Positions 1 through 16,202 of a stretch of DNA of 64,000 nt are shown in pieces. Under the pieces are notes generated by a model. It was not told the origin of the DNA. It saw only the letters and a list, made by a program, of their open reading frames with translations, and ran no database searches. Origin of the DNA: the human T2T-CHM13v2.0 reference genome, Homo sapiens; assembly GCF_009914755.1 (NCBI RefSeq), contig NC_060929.1, one strand, 5' to 3'. A program made the position numbers and the translations under genes. How positions within the stretch are numbered: position 1 is the stretch's first letter; every line of letters begins with the position of its first letter.

Positions 1-1490
<1,490 letters not shown>

Positions 1491-3279
1491 CAGGTCAGGT
1501 GTTTATCTGGAGGCAGCATGTTTCACACTTGGGAATGCTGCTAGATGTATTGTTGTACAGTTATATATAGCTGGAATATATTGAGCTAGAAGTGTGCCTC
1601 CTTTTTATCACTTCCAGTCCAGAAACCAAGCCACCCCCAACAGGGAGGCTGAGTTGCAGAGGAAAGAAAGATGTGCGCATGCATCTCCCCGTCTGTGTGT
1701 CTGAATATACGATCTATCTAGAATTGTCATTGAATTTGGACTTAGCTAGAATTTCAAAGGCTAATATGATTAAATATCTTATTTTGGAGATGGAATATTA
1801 AATACAAAAAACTTCAAATATCTACTCCCAAGTCACCCAGTTCACTTGTGGCTGAGCTGGAACAGAGTTGAGGATTTTAGGTATCAGGTAACCATCAGAG
1901 TTTGTGCAGATGTCACTCTACCGATTAACGGAGTGCCCCAAAGAGTACGATGAAAACAATCTTCCTGCTTTTCTTGATTGCCATTTGGCTTTACGACTAT
2001 ATGTTGTATTTTTCCCTGCTTTAACCTATCCCTCAATATCCCCAGCCTATTTATTCATTAAAGTTCATCAAATAATAGTGCCCCTATTCTACGCCTTTCC
2101 CAGTTGAGCCCTGTTAAACAACTACCTGCTGAGACACCTTCACCAGGTTTCTAATCTACTCTTGCAGGACATGTCCCTGCCAACTCCCCTTTCATTTCCA
2201 TACAACCCCTATCTTGGACCCTGATGTAGTTTATATTCAAAACTGGCTACCCTGCCAGGGCAGTAAGTGTTCATTAATTATAAAGTATTCATAATATGCT
2301 TCTCTTTTTTTTCCTTTCTGTTTCTCTGGTAGCCCTCTATCAACTTGGGACAAGAGGGCACCTATCGTTTGAGTATTGTCAGTAGGTAAACTAGGGAACA
2401 AAAAAAAATCTAAAATCTTGGCTTTTAAACTCAAAACCTGAGTACAGAAGGAAATTCTGGAAAGATAATGACCTGAACAAGCCTCTAGAAACTGCTAGCC
2501 TCTAGTGCAAGTTTCTAGCACTAGCTCTGAATTATCTGTCTTTGACCAATTACAAAAAAAAAAAAAACTGGTTGGGTTTCATAAGAGCTGAAATGAAATG
2601 AACTTGTGGGCTCTGAGGAGCTTCCTGTGGAAGAAAATTGGCAGTATTCCTTACTGCCCCCATGCCTCGGTGACTCACTGAACACCTAAAGAAGAGTCTT
2701 GAAACCTGAGAGTGAGGATCACAAAGCAATAGACCCTTGAAATAGTTTAACCTATGGAGATCTATGAATGGGTTGAATTAGGGCAACGGGTAGGCGGAGT
2801 CTTTGCTTCCCTAAGGCTGAGCAGGTATGAAGACATCAGGGAATAGAGGGATGCGTCAATGGACTCCCTGCCACCATCTCCTGGCAGATGATCACTTCAC
2901 CTCTCACCTCTCACCATTTGTAGGACACCCAGTGCTTAAAGTTTGTCAACCAAAAAGCCAGCAAAGAAAAAGTAGCACCCCAACCAGTGAGCTAGCAGCC
3001 AGAGTGTGCTAGAGAGTCAGAGTAAAAAGAACACATGGACAGCCCATAGACCTGCCAAAGGAGACAGGTGGCAACTATAATAGAAAAATCATTAGGGCAC
3101 TCAAGGAGATTCAAGTATGGCATCCCTAGAGAGGCTGACAATTGCAGGTTGGGCCAGCTAGAACATGGCTCAAGACTCCACAGAATGGACAGGACACAGC
3201 AATCCCTTTGTCCTATTTTCAGATCTTTTTCTAAGGACAGTTTTTCTAAAAAAGAAAAGGAAAAAAGAAATATAAATTA

Positions 3280-4255
3280 GAATGGAAGGAATAAAACCAA
3301 GTATATCAGTTATAATACTAAACATTAACATATTTATCTGACATTAAAAGCAAAGACTATCAGAAACTACAAAACCTAATGCCAGCTATAAAAGCTGTAC
3401 ACCAAAATAAGGCACTTGAATTTATTTTTTAAATGATTGAAAACAAAACATTGAGCAAATAATTATGAAGCAAATGGGAAAAAAAGACAACAGGCATGGT
3501 TATATGAAAATCGCATATGGTATCTTTTAAACTGTTAAAAATATTTTCAGAAAATTTGATATGAATAATTGTCAAAGTTTTATCTCAAACTTTCTATAAA
3601 GAAGGAGACCTAAAACAGGCCAATTAAAACACTTCTTACTTGGTACAGATATTTACATTTTAAGAAAAAGAAAAGGAGTGGTTAAATACTGGGTTACATA
3701 TGATTAAAGAAAAAAAAAGGAACAGGGAGAAAGGAAAAGAACACTTGATTGATGATGATGAGGCTCCTGATGGACAGCCAGCTGGGTCCATGGGTAATGA
3801 GTTTTCAGTAAGGGCTCTTAATCTTATTAAAATTTGTCAGAAAATTGCTTAAGCATTTTCAAGAATGCAAATTTCTTTCTAGAAAGAGATTTTGAATTAC
3901 CTTACATGGACCAGGCTGGGCACAATTTTCCTTTTATAAATAATAAAAACAGTAATCAGGAAAAAAAAAAGAGACATTGGGTAGTAATAGCAAATACAAT
4001 TTGTCTTAAATTTGCATGGAACATAAAACAGATAATCTAAATATGCTGCTTTTAAAAAGAAAATGCATAGTGATTATCTTTAATGTACTCTTTTCAGAAT
4101 GGAACAAATCTACCAGAAAACAAAAAAGGGTAAAGTCATTAGCAATATAGTAAGTCAATCAGTAAGTTTGATTGAATATAGAGAATTTTTCACCCTTTGA
4201 ACAGAGAATATGCATTTTTCACATATACATAGAATATTTATAAAACAATCAGGCA
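3280..4255 (+). mobile_element. Highly decayed L1M(E)-type ORF2 endonuclease-region fragments (about 3280-3530 and 4070-4255)
   Basis: A-rich sequence resembling early L1 ORF2 (ATATCAGTTATAATACTAAACATT..., AACAGAGAATATGCATTTTTCACATATACATAGAATATTTATAAAA). Confidence 0.45.
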
Positions 4256-4563
4256 CAACCCCTAAAGATGAAAGGCTTTAGCAGAGGTATAATACAAAAA
4301 GATTGGAAAGGATATTTATTGGACAAATCTGTTTTATTCTGCCCTCCACAACTGTTTCCACTCTAACCGATTAAGATCCCAAAAGCTAGAGAGAAGGAAG
4401 AACCTTAGAGGATGTGTCCACTGATTATAATTCTGTAATGTTTTTCTTGTATTTTTCCACAGCCATAACACCATATCTGTGTTTTCCAATTTTAGCTTCT
4501 TTAAAATGAAAAGGAGAACTTTGGGGGAAAAAAAATCCACAAAATTAGAGTTCCAAATTCTAG

Positions 4564-4970
<407 letters not shown>

Positions 4971-5680
4971 TCAAATTATTTTAATAAAAATAATAGCTTT
5001 CCTTTTTTGTGTGCATGTTTCTTGGTTCACAAATTAACAAGTGACTTCAAATTTGACTCATAGCACAACTTGGGCTAGCAGAAAATATAAACTTACAAAG
5101 GAGTGGCTACTAGCTACTCTCATTTTGCTTGTCCTGAGTATTAGTCAAGTTTGTTTTATAGGGAAGCTGAGGAATGTTAGTTAACCCATAATTTATAAAT
5201 TGGCATTTGGAAGACAGACTTTCATGTAGTTGCATTATTTACTTCTGTGCTAGCTTTTAAGTCTTCATTTTGACAAATGTGAGGTTAAGAAAAGTGAATC
5301 TTCTTCTCTGATAAATTTTAATTACTGTATGAAAAGTGCTAAATACCCAAAAATATAAACTGTTAATTTCTAGGGAAAAAAGTAGACATAATGAAATAAG
5401 TCAGCTGAGGTATTTACAGGTGAAAAATGATAAACATCTAGGAACAAATGTTAGATTCAAAGATTTCCCTAATATTCAATGCTTTTCATGCTTTGTGTTT
5501 ACCTGTTTACAAATTTAGAGATTCACTCTATTATGATAACTTAAGAAGGTGGTATGAACAGTGAGTAATATATTCTGATTAGAGTCCCAAAACTTCCTTT
5601 CTACCAGCCTAAGCTCCTAAAAGATTGACTTCTCAGGTCATTTTGTCATTTAATGTTAAGAATGGGACTCAATTGTGTGT

Positions 5681-6029
<349 letters not shown>

Positions 6030-6712
6030 TCAACTGTGTTTTAAGCCTTGTGATGGATATAGTGAAAATTAATATGCAGAATTATTAAATTCAGAATCTG
6101 ATAGATTTAAAGTAAAAAAGGGGACATTAGTGTAAGTATGGGAATATACAGCAGGAAAGAGGGAGATTTTGCTGGTTAACTCTTAAAATGTGAACCAAAA
6201 CCTCAGAAATTCTTGTCTGTCATCAGATTTAGCAAATATGTATTAAGTGGTCACTGTGAACCAGATACAATGTGGCATTACTTTCAAATTTCAACTCTGT
6301 GTTTTTCTTGTCTTACATGGAACTAAACATTAACCAGTGTCCCAAACTAGTATTTTTTATTAACTCTTTTGCTACATATTAGCCTAGTAACTGCACAATT
6401 GTTTAATTTGTGTTATACATACCTCATTCTCACTGCCCTATTAAACACAAGTCCAAACACACTTTACCTGTGGTACCAATTAAAAATTGCTGGCTTTAAT
6501 TTAATTTTCCAATTTCTAATAATGACACAAATGTTAATGGATAATTTAATTAATAGAAGCTGTTGTGTAGATTGCTAGTTAGAAAGTTTCTGTTGCTTCT
6601 GCGTTAAATTATTAAGCACAAGTATTGTAACACATTCAGAGTACAGAGGGTAGATTTGGACATGATCATAAACATTTATGATTTATTTGTTAATCATTCT
6701 CTAAACTGAAAT

Positions 6713-6766
<54 letters not shown>
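6713..6766. repeat. (GATA)n microsatellite, about 13 units
   Basis: Uninterrupted ATAG run seen directly. Confidence 0.97.
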
Positions 6767-7929
6767 CCCCCTAGGGATTTATATTTACTGAACTCTAATC
6801 TTCCAACTTTTATGTTATTCTTATATGATTTAGTCCATCAATTCTGGACTAAGTTATTACACTGGCCACCTAGATGTCTTAACGCATATCCACAGGAGTC
6901 CACCTGGAGATGACTTGGTATTGGCATAAAACTAGTCCATCCAATGTGTCCAGAACATATGCTACCTACGTGGGGCATATAACTTCTATATGAGATCATT
7001 ATTTATAAGCCAGCATTATAATATATGGATTTAAATTCATAACCTCTAATTCATAAATGAGCATACAATTAAATGGTACTTTAACTTTTACATAATACAA
7101 AAAAGATTACATTTTCTCATTTTGCATGTGAAAGTACCTAAGCAAGATGAGAAAAAATGGAAATGAGAAGCTATAGAGCTAAGGTTTTCATTTATACCAA
7201 TAATGCTGAAAATATAACACAACGTTTCCTGTCTTTAACGTATTTCAGTTCCAGTAACATTCAGCCTACATTAATGAAATGATTCCAAAGTTCATGAGCT
7301 CAATATGTTGCTACAAAAAAAGCAACTGGATATAGCATACTCCCTATTTGGCAAAGAAGAAAGAAAGTGTGTTTCCTATGGGGAAAAATAGCACTAAAAG
7401 AATTCCAAAATAGATAGCACTTTGAGTTTTATATATGCTTCTCCATGTATGGCCAACAGCCTGGTCTATGGCATGAAGAGCACAGATAAAACTGTGAGCA
7501 ATCAAAACAGGTCGCCTCGTGATTTGGAGTATTAGCCATACTGTTTATGTTTTCATGAAAGTGTAAGTAGTCTACAACATTTTACTGATTCACAGAAGAG
7601 AATGATTTAGTTAAGGAAATAATAAACTCCTAGTTTTCCCAAGCCCTTTTGAATGGCAGACACTTAATATTTGGAGTATTGTCTGAATCTACTCAACTAT
7701 AAATAAACACCATCTATTTGGTATTAAGAACATACTTTAAAACCACGAAGGAAGTAATCACAGATTAGGTTCTCAGTGTCTGCCAAGAACTCAGCAGTTG
7801 GACATCATACAATAGATATTTAGTTTAAAGAAACCCCATTTATTTTTGAAGATATTTGTTCTCTGAGAGGAAGGAGCAAGGAAGAGCAATTCAAAGCCTA
7901 CCACACTTTCCAGGCACAATATAAGGACA

Positions 7930-8069
7930 AGGGCCATCTTCGTGGATGTTTGTTCTGTGCTGAGCTTAATGCTCTGACATTGCCATCTTGAAACGCTTAG
8001 TAACTCTATAACAAGGGGCCCTACACTTTTATTTTGAACTGGGCCCCAGAAATCATGTAACTAGTCCTG
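7930..8069 (+). mobile_element. MER91-like non-autonomous hAT DNA transposon
   Basis: Terminal motif AAGGGGCCCTACACTTTTATTTTGAACTGGGCCCCAGAAATCATGTAACTAGTCCTG resembles the MER91 end. Confidence 0.6.
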
Positions 8070-8758
8070 AGAACAAGATTGGCTATGACTTAGGACACAG
8101 TCTCCGTGCTTTAGTTTGCCACCAGGATATAGCTAAGCATAAGTCTTTGTTCTGTTTTTCTACTATTTCACATTCTCCATGAATATTATTGCTCTAATTT
8201 CACCCAGATCCTGCATCATGACCCTCTTTCTTTTGCAAAAAAAAAAAAAAAAAAAAAAAGCACTAGAAAGTTACAGATTTAGCAACTATAAATATAAACA
8301 AATGGACATAAAATTATCTTAATAATACAGAACATATTTTGCAGAGAGGCCAAGTTAATGTCAACTAAAAATAGTTAAATTTTTTAACATAGAAAAAATG
8401 CAAATAAGAATAATAAGATTAAGCATCAATTTTTCTCCTAAAAGAAAAATTCACATTTGATCACCAGTATGTTCTAGAGAAGTTGTAGCATTATGTTTAA
8501 GTATCAGAAACATATGTGAATATATATCTATCTATAGCAAATCTTGTGACTGCTTATTGAAAAAATATTTTGAGGAGTAATATATGATTAATTTCTTAAT
8601 ATTAGAAATTGCTTCAGTATAAGAAAGCTTTAAACACTTTTAGAGCATTCATTTCTGTGAATTAAAGGAAGTGTTCTGGCCAAAAACCTGTTGCCTCTTA
8701 AACTCTTTCAAAACCAGAAAGAGCAGGTAATAATAACCCAACCCAAGTTACAGTTGCA

Positions 8759-8976
8759 TAGTTAACCCCTAAGTATTATCCCAGAATTTATTACTGGCAT
8801 CATTCAAATGATACCTGAGTCAGAGCATCAAAATCCTCTAGCTCCAACAGCCCGAAGGCACAACTCAGGTTATATTAATATTAGTGTTCAAAAGTCACTG
8901 ATTCTTCATTCCTACAATGACTTTATACTGTTTCTCATTTCTTTGTGGAAAAAAAAATTCTTTCAAATACTTGTAT
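8759..8976. repeat. Copy 1 of a ~220 bp diverged direct duplication
   Basis: Aligns to 9769-9986 at offset 1010; 22 mismatches in the ungapped 120 bp from 8761 (hand count). Confidence 0.9.
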
Positions 8977-9119
8977 AGTCCTGAGGCCATATTCTCAGAT
9001 AAAGCAAGTACCTTATTAGTGATTTAAAGTCACAAATGTTAGGAAACTCTAAGGTCCTTACAACCTCTCCTACACAATGTTGCTAAAAATCCTGCCCCAA
9101 AGAGAGCCAACAGTCAAAT

Positions 9120-9325
9120 AATGCTAGCTATGCACCAGGCACTATTCTAGACACTTTACCTATACAATTCATTCAATTCTGCCACCAGTTAGCTACTATT
9201 TTACACATGAGAAAACCAAGGCACAAAGAGGTTGAGTAATTTGCCTAAAATTACACATCTGGCAGTGGTAGAGTTGGATTTCCAGTCCAGAAAGTCAGCT
9301 CGAATCTGTGCTCTTAAGCAATATG
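9120..9325 (-). mobile_element. MIR SINE
   Basis: Reverse-complement MIR core: GAGAAAACCAAGGCACAAAGAGGTTGAGTAATTTGCCTAAAATTACACATCTGGCAGTGGTAGAGTTGGATTT. Confidence 0.8.
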
Positions 9326-9768
9326 TCTCACAAGAATTTTATTCCTTTTGTTTTTGGAGTTCCTACCATTAAGATGCAAAGGCTATTGTTCAAATGAGGC
9401 TGCCTTGGAATCGATCATCTCTAAGGAAGAAGGGAGAAGCCAGCTTATATAGTTGGATGAGAACAAGAGGTCAACAGAGACCAATGGACAAAGAAAGAAA
9501 CGGATGGGAAAGCAAACAGGAAGAAGCGTGTGCCTGCTTCCCACCTATAACTATCATGCCAGAGACTGAAAACTATAATTTTTTGTCCCCACCCACTTGG
9601 AAAAAGCTTCCATATATCCATCCAAGTGAGATGGGCTCATTATTGAGAGGATTTTATCATCAAAGAGAAAAATAATAAAAATAAACAGCTGCCTAACTGA
9701 ACAGCAACCAAAATTGAATACATAATAAAAGGTAAATAATTGAAGTTAAGTCAGTCAATACATTTCAT

Positions 9769-9986
9769 TAGTTAGCCCGTAAGTATTATGCCAGCATTTA
9801 TCACTGGCATCATTCCAACAACATCGAAGTAAGGGCATTAAAGTCCTTAAGCTCTAACAGCCAGAAGGCACAATTCAGGTCATATTAATATTAATGTTTG
9901 AAATTCACTGACTCTTCTTTCCTACCCATAACCTTGTACTGTTCTTTATTTCTTTGTGCAAAAAAAAATCTTCAAAATAATTGTAT
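9769..9986. repeat. Copy 2 of the ~220 bp diverged direct duplication
   Basis: Aligns to 8759-8976. Confidence 0.9.
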
Positions 9987-10284
9987 CCTTCTTATAATGT
10001 AACTTCATAGAGATTATGATCAATATCTTTATTTTACATATGATGATTATTAAATTACAATTTCCAGTTAACTCCTACTCTATGTGACTTTAAAATTTTA
10101 TAAACAATTTTTATTTTCTATTTACTGAAGACCCAGAAATTGGAATTATATTTTAGAAATGAAGTGAATTATTTATTCATTCTTCTAGCTCCTATTTCAA
10201 TGTCATGCTATCTTTCATTATATTCCTCATCCAAAAAAAAGCTTTGTGATTTGGTTACTTTGCTAGAAGTTCACAGATTTATTT

Positions 10285-10405
10285 GTTTCATTTACTCATA
10301 ATATTTACTGAGCACCTGCTTCCATCAAACACCTTGTAGGTGCTTGGATACATCAGCGAGCTCAACAAATTAAGATCCCTGACCTGTTGGAGTTTGTGTA
10401 GTAGC
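10285..10405 (-). mobile_element. L2 3'-end fragment
   Basis: CATTTACTCATAATATTTACTGAGCACCTGCT...GGATACATCAGCGAG...GATCCCTGACCTGTTGGAGTTT matches the reverse complement of the L2 3' end. Confidence 0.65.
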
Positions 10406-11187
10406 ACCAGGGCATTCACATTTAATTCCTTCACACAGAAATCATTTTATATTGCTTGTAAAAATTACCTTTTTTTTTTTTTAAACAAATCTAGCACTTC
10501 ATAACTGGTTTTACGGATTAATTAAATGGACAAATGACATAAATGCAGAAGGGCATTATTTGCATTATTTGAAGAGTCTTAAGATCATAAAACCTAGTAG
10601 CAACTTAGTCACAGCTTTGTGCAGGATAGGTGTACAAGCTATCCTACTACAGAGCCAAGTGAAAAATGAAGAAAATGTTTCCAAATATAGGTGCATTTTA
10701 AGGTCTCAACAGTTGAACTCATTATTTCAACAGGCAAGGAAATATTCAGTGATGGATTTTTGGCAAAGATGGGAGTGTAATAGTCAAGAAAGGAGGAGAG
10801 AGGTTCTGTGTCAGCATTTCCTCAGTCTCGTCCTTCCGCTTTCAGTGGCTTGTGGATATTAGTCCACTATATTTATGCTTAAATGGCTTCCCATTTCAAA
10901 ATACTCATTGGGCTGTTCATCCCACTGCTGTTCACCTAACCACTGTTCTGAATATTTAAAATACACCTTGGTGGCAAATTCTAACCTCTAGCTAATACTT
11001 ATTCTGCACTTTCTTCTGGTGTTTTTTTAATCTGTAAGCACATGTACAAAATACGAATCAGCAAACTAAATCCAATATTGTCTTTTTTTTCGCTGTTATG
11101 AAAGGTACCACACTAGGCTTTGAATACATAAAACATTTTATAAATAAAAAAGTATCTACCATTTCCACCCTTACGAATCTAGTATTC

Positions 11188-11490
<303 letters not shown>

Positions 11491-13154
11491 TAGTATTCAT
11501 TTTTAACAGTTGAAATAGATGGCCAATTTTACAGACACAAAAGGGTACAGCAGCATAAAGGACTTTCAACCCTGTGATGACCCCATACTTCAGCAATTTC
11601 TTAGTAAACACTGCCACCGTGTGGTGTTTCATTCTAAAATGAATTTCAGGATTCATTATCCAATTGAACATTGCATAATAATACAGAATAATAAAAATTA
11701 TTTTTCTTACAATGTAACATTACCGAAAAACTTATGGGCACTATTTATTACAATGCATAAATATTAACTAAATGACTTTTATATAAATAAATACTTTTTT
11801 ACTCTCTAGTTTTTAATATACAAACATTTTATAACAGTTTTACTTATCTTCATGTAAAAGAGTTTTCCTTTAAAGCTAAAAATAAGTCACTAAAAAAACA
11901 AAAATTTAAAACATAATTGTCAAAAACATAAACTAGTTTTTTTAAATATAGGTTTCAATTTGGTGCATAAAGACTATATAAAAATACTTTGAGCTTTAAA
12001 ATATAATTATATCTTTGTTCAACAATTGTGCTTTAAAGTATGATTAATGTTAATTCGACTTATGTCTTTCCTTCTTTGTATTTCCAGTTTCAGTAGGATC
12101 TTAAATTACAAGGAAATTAACAGGCAAACTAGATAGAAACCTAGAGGGGTATATAATGTTTATTCTCACCTTCAAGGAGAAAAACAACTTTAAATACCTC
12201 CTGGAAAGATAAAGCAAAACTTACCATTTTTATTTTGAAAATTCTTACTGGTAAGCATTCTTTCTTATACTCTATCCAACTCTGTCATTCAACTATTTAA
12301 AGAAATTTTGTCTGAATTTGTCCTCATTGGTAATCAAAAAGTGATTCTCTAACTTCTATAAGTTCTTCAGTTTATTCGTCCCTACTCAGTGAAATTAACT
12401 ATATCTCATCTAAATACAAAAAAAGAACAATATCGATGGATAAGCATGACACAACTTTCTGAACAATGTGAAAAAATACGGTAAGAAGTTTGAAATAACA
12501 AAAGTAATATTTTAGTTTAATATTTTATATAGTATGTAAAAACATGAAATCGTAAATTTTATTTAAATTTAAAATATCAATTTTATCTTGATAAAATATG
12601 ACAATCTTCTCAACTCTTCAATGAAAGGATTCCTGGAGATTACCATGCTTAATTAAATATGTAGTCTTTACACTGAGACTCATGTCAAGAAAAAAGGTAC
12701 AGAAGGCTTAAACTAATGAAAGAAGTCTTTAAAGAAACTCAATATCATAAAAGATAAAGTAAAACTGATTTCAAATAGTTTTTTAACCTAAAGAGCATGT
12801 TTTTCTCTGTGACAAAATTACCCCCCACAAGTGAATAAACATTGAAATCCTATCAATTACTATGTAGTATTTTCCCTCAGCAAGTTTTGCTGTTTTCCTT
12901 ATTTTCAGACCTCTCATGTAATATCAGCTAGTGCTTCTGTCTCAAACAGTTTAGCTCTTACATAATAAATCAACTCAGTTGTTACTGAAATTCTTTGGGC
13001 AGGGAGAAAGTTGTCCTAACGACTACTGCAAGTCCCAAGAGTTAGAAATGGATATTGTGACTGAGTTTAGCATTATTTTTCCTGCCTATTCAATATTCTT
13101 TAATATTCAATCTTATTTCTTGACTAAGTTTAAGCATACACACTCTCTGTCTTT

Positions 13155-13254
13155 GTGTGTGTATACATATTTATACATATATACATATATATACATATAT
13201 ACATCTATGTGTGTGTATATATGTGTATATATATTTTATATATATATTTATTTA
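13155..13254. repeat. Compound (TG)/(TA)/(CATA) microsatellite
   Basis: Seen directly, adjacent to the tail of an Alu monomer. Confidence 0.85.
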
Positions 13255-13403
13255 TTTTAAAGACAGGGTCTCACTGTGTCACCTAGGCTGGAATGCAGTA
13301 GCATGATCACAGCTCACCAAAGCCTTGAACTTCTGGGCTCAAGTAATACTCTTGCCTTGGCCTCCAAAGTGCTGGTATCACACGCATGAGCCACCATGCC
13401 TGA
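13255..13403 (-). mobile_element. Alu monomer (FRAM/FAM-like or collapsed AluJ)
   Basis: ~150 bp with a right-arm 3' end joined to GCCTCCAAAGTGCTGG...GAGCCACCATGCCTG. Confidence 0.75.
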
Positions 13404-15100
13404 TTTGTGAGCACAATATTATATATGGCAACATAACAATGACTGTTCTAAAATGAGCTAAAATAATTTTGTGTATTAAAATACTTTCTTATTAGACTTT
13501 CATTTTAGACTAAAAGTCATTAGAGTTATAAGAGTTACTTCTCTTCTTGAAACTTATTATGACAAAATCTGTACCCCATGGATGCAGATAAATCCACAAA
13601 AAAAAGTTCTTCGGAAAAATTCCCCTGTTAGGTGCAGGTGGCAGAAAGGGGAGAATCTCTCCGGGACAATGATTGAGATAAACATCAGAAAATATTAGAA
13701 AAGTAAGATTGTGCTGAGTAAAGCAGAGAAAGAAATCCACACGCCACCCACAACTTTTCATAGAATAGAACAGAAGGGGCAAGATCTTTCCAAGGAATTA
13801 AAATAAGTTTTTAATAATGTAAGTTACCAAATCAGAACCTTCTTTCTCAAATTTATATAGTAAGTGAAAGCTAAACTACATAATGGAGGAAATTTCTCAA
13901 AGTTTCTAGTTAGGCATACATATCATAGAACACAGTATTGATAAATATTGTATGGATGACTTGTTTGAAAAATGCTACTAAGATAAATTCGGAGACAAGT
14001 GTAAAGCTTTATCTTGTGCGCCAAGCTACATTTCCTAAAACTCTTTATCAATTTCTGAAACTATCTCACTTCTTTGCCAAAGATATTTATGAGGCATCAT
14101 TAAGTATATAACAGTATATTAGGTTTTGAAAACTAGTTTCTTGGAATAAAAAGAAAAGTGAAATAAATATCACCATTAGAATGAGCCATTCATATTAAAA
14201 ATTACAGGTCATTTTGAAAAGTAATTTATTTTCAATAGGTAGCCAAGGTTTTAGTAATGTGTGGCTTTTAATATTATTTATTAACTCTATTTGTTCTATT
14301 TAGTTCTTTTTCTTACGATTTGGATAACTTTAATATGGATACTTGAATTTTAGACATTTAACCCTAGTGACATCAGAATCTGCCAAAGATAAAAACTGAC
14401 CTTTTCCTACTATTTCAAAAGAAGTTCAACTTCCTAAATTTAAAATATCAGCAATGAGTCAGACTCAAACCAGTATAGTCAGTATTTTTAAAGCAGAAGT
14501 TGGAAGAGTTTTTGTTTTGTTGAAGCATTGTGTTTGTGTGTGTGTTCCATTTTGCTTCATTTTTATAAAAGCAGTATAAAACTTGGAGAATGATAAAGTT
14601 ATAGATTTTAAATCCTGCAAATAATGTTTTTCTTTTATAAAAAGTTGCTGACACAGTTTTGGCTTTGGTTTTGTTGTTCTTATATAATTCTGCTTTGGTT
14701 TGTGGCCTCACAGATTTTTGAAATAATATAAAGGAGGAAGAAGCAGAACATAGTAGAAGGTTTGTACATGAGACACAAACACAGTGACTCAAAAACAATT
14801 ATTTGATAAAAAAACAAAAAAATAACTCTAAAGAGAATAAGATGCAAACTATTTTTTCTTAAATTCTTGCTACAAACTACATCCTACTAAAGGCCATGAT
14901 CCTAATTCTGCTTTTTCACTGTAAAAAGAGAAAGAAGAAGGAAAAAGTTAAAAAATATTAAGGATGCGTTAAAGGTGTGATTGCATCAAATTTGGACTTT
15001 TTCCTTGGCATATTTTCAGGGAATTAGAAGAGAATTGACCAAGGGAATTATTTCCTTGGTTTGAAACTTATTTGTTGAAACAACTAAAATCATCCAGGGG

Positions 15101-15410
15101 AGCTGGGCATGGTGGCTCATGCCTGTAATCCCAGCAGTTTTGGAGGCCAAGGTGGGATAATCACTTGAGGCCAGGAGTTTGAAACCAGCATTGGGCAACA
15201 TATTGAGATGCCCCTCCCCACCTAAAAAGAAAATTAAAAATTAGCAGCGCGTGGTGGTTCATGCCTGTCCTCCCAGCTACTCTGGAGGCTAAGGCAAGAG
15301 GATCACTTTAGCCCAGGAGTCCGAGTCTGCAGTGAGCTATGATCATGCCACTACACTCTAGCCTGGGTGACAGAGCAAGACTATGTTTCTTAAAAAGAAT
15401 TATATAAATA
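15101..15410 (+). mobile_element. AluJ
   Basis: AluJ features (GAGGCCAGGAGTTT, GCCCAGGAGTCCGAGTCTGCAGTGAGCTATGAT); degenerate TSD AAAATCATCCAG / AAATTCATCCAG. Confidence 0.9.
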
Positions 15411-16049
15411 AATTCATCCAGAGAACTACCAGTGTGCATGTCTCACACTCTGGGAAACAGTCATCTAGTGATCTCCCTTTTCCTGAACTTCTACAACTTT
15501 TGTCACATGTGCATCCCATGCATTCTGCACACAAAATATATCTTTGGTATTTTTTTTATTTTGGTGTTTTTAACTAACCTTAAACACTGCTTAAGAGCTA
15601 AGTCAACTAATTTTTTACTATTCCAAACTACTTATTAGGGCATGTTACACATTAAAATGTCCCTCAGTATTTGTTCATGAAGTGGTTGTACACCTAGCTT
15701 TCCAACATGCATGGAGGGCACATAAACATATTATTAGTTATGCTTGAAGTAGCCTCATGTTATATTCTGTTTCATAAGCAGATTTATTTTTCAAGGCAGC
15801 ATATGTTCCAAAAGCCACTAAAATACACATGTTTGCTCAAATAAAGCTGACAATTTGATAGATTTAAGAAATGAATTTTAAGTCTCTACTCCACAGAATT
15901 ATGACATATACCCCATCCAAATCCCTAGTTTGTTTGAGATTGTGTGTGATTTACTCTACATCTTACATCTACTGGCTGTCTTTCATGGCATTTGACTTAT
16001 TTGAGTCTTTGCAACCTTTTTTCTGTGAACACATCTTCTGCAGTAATTA

Positions 16050-16202
16050 TATTTTTAAATTTTCCATAATCAATACTATTGAGATATAATTTATATAAAG
16101 GAAAAAGTACCAGACAACTAGTATGTAGAACATTTTCGGTACCCAAAAAAAGTTTTTTTCTTAATCTCTTGCTGTCAGTTATCCCACCCTACAAAACCAT
16201 TG
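16050..16202 (-). mobile_element. Old L1M 3' UTR fragment
   Basis: TAGAACATTTTCGGTACCCAAAAAAAGTTTTTTTC...CCCTACAAAACCATTGAT resembles L1MC/MD/ME 3' ends. Confidence 0.5.

Noticed and set aside
13620-13710. Plus-strand AG...GTAAGA exon candidate
   Set aside because: Stop codons in all three frames and a weak polypyrimidine tract
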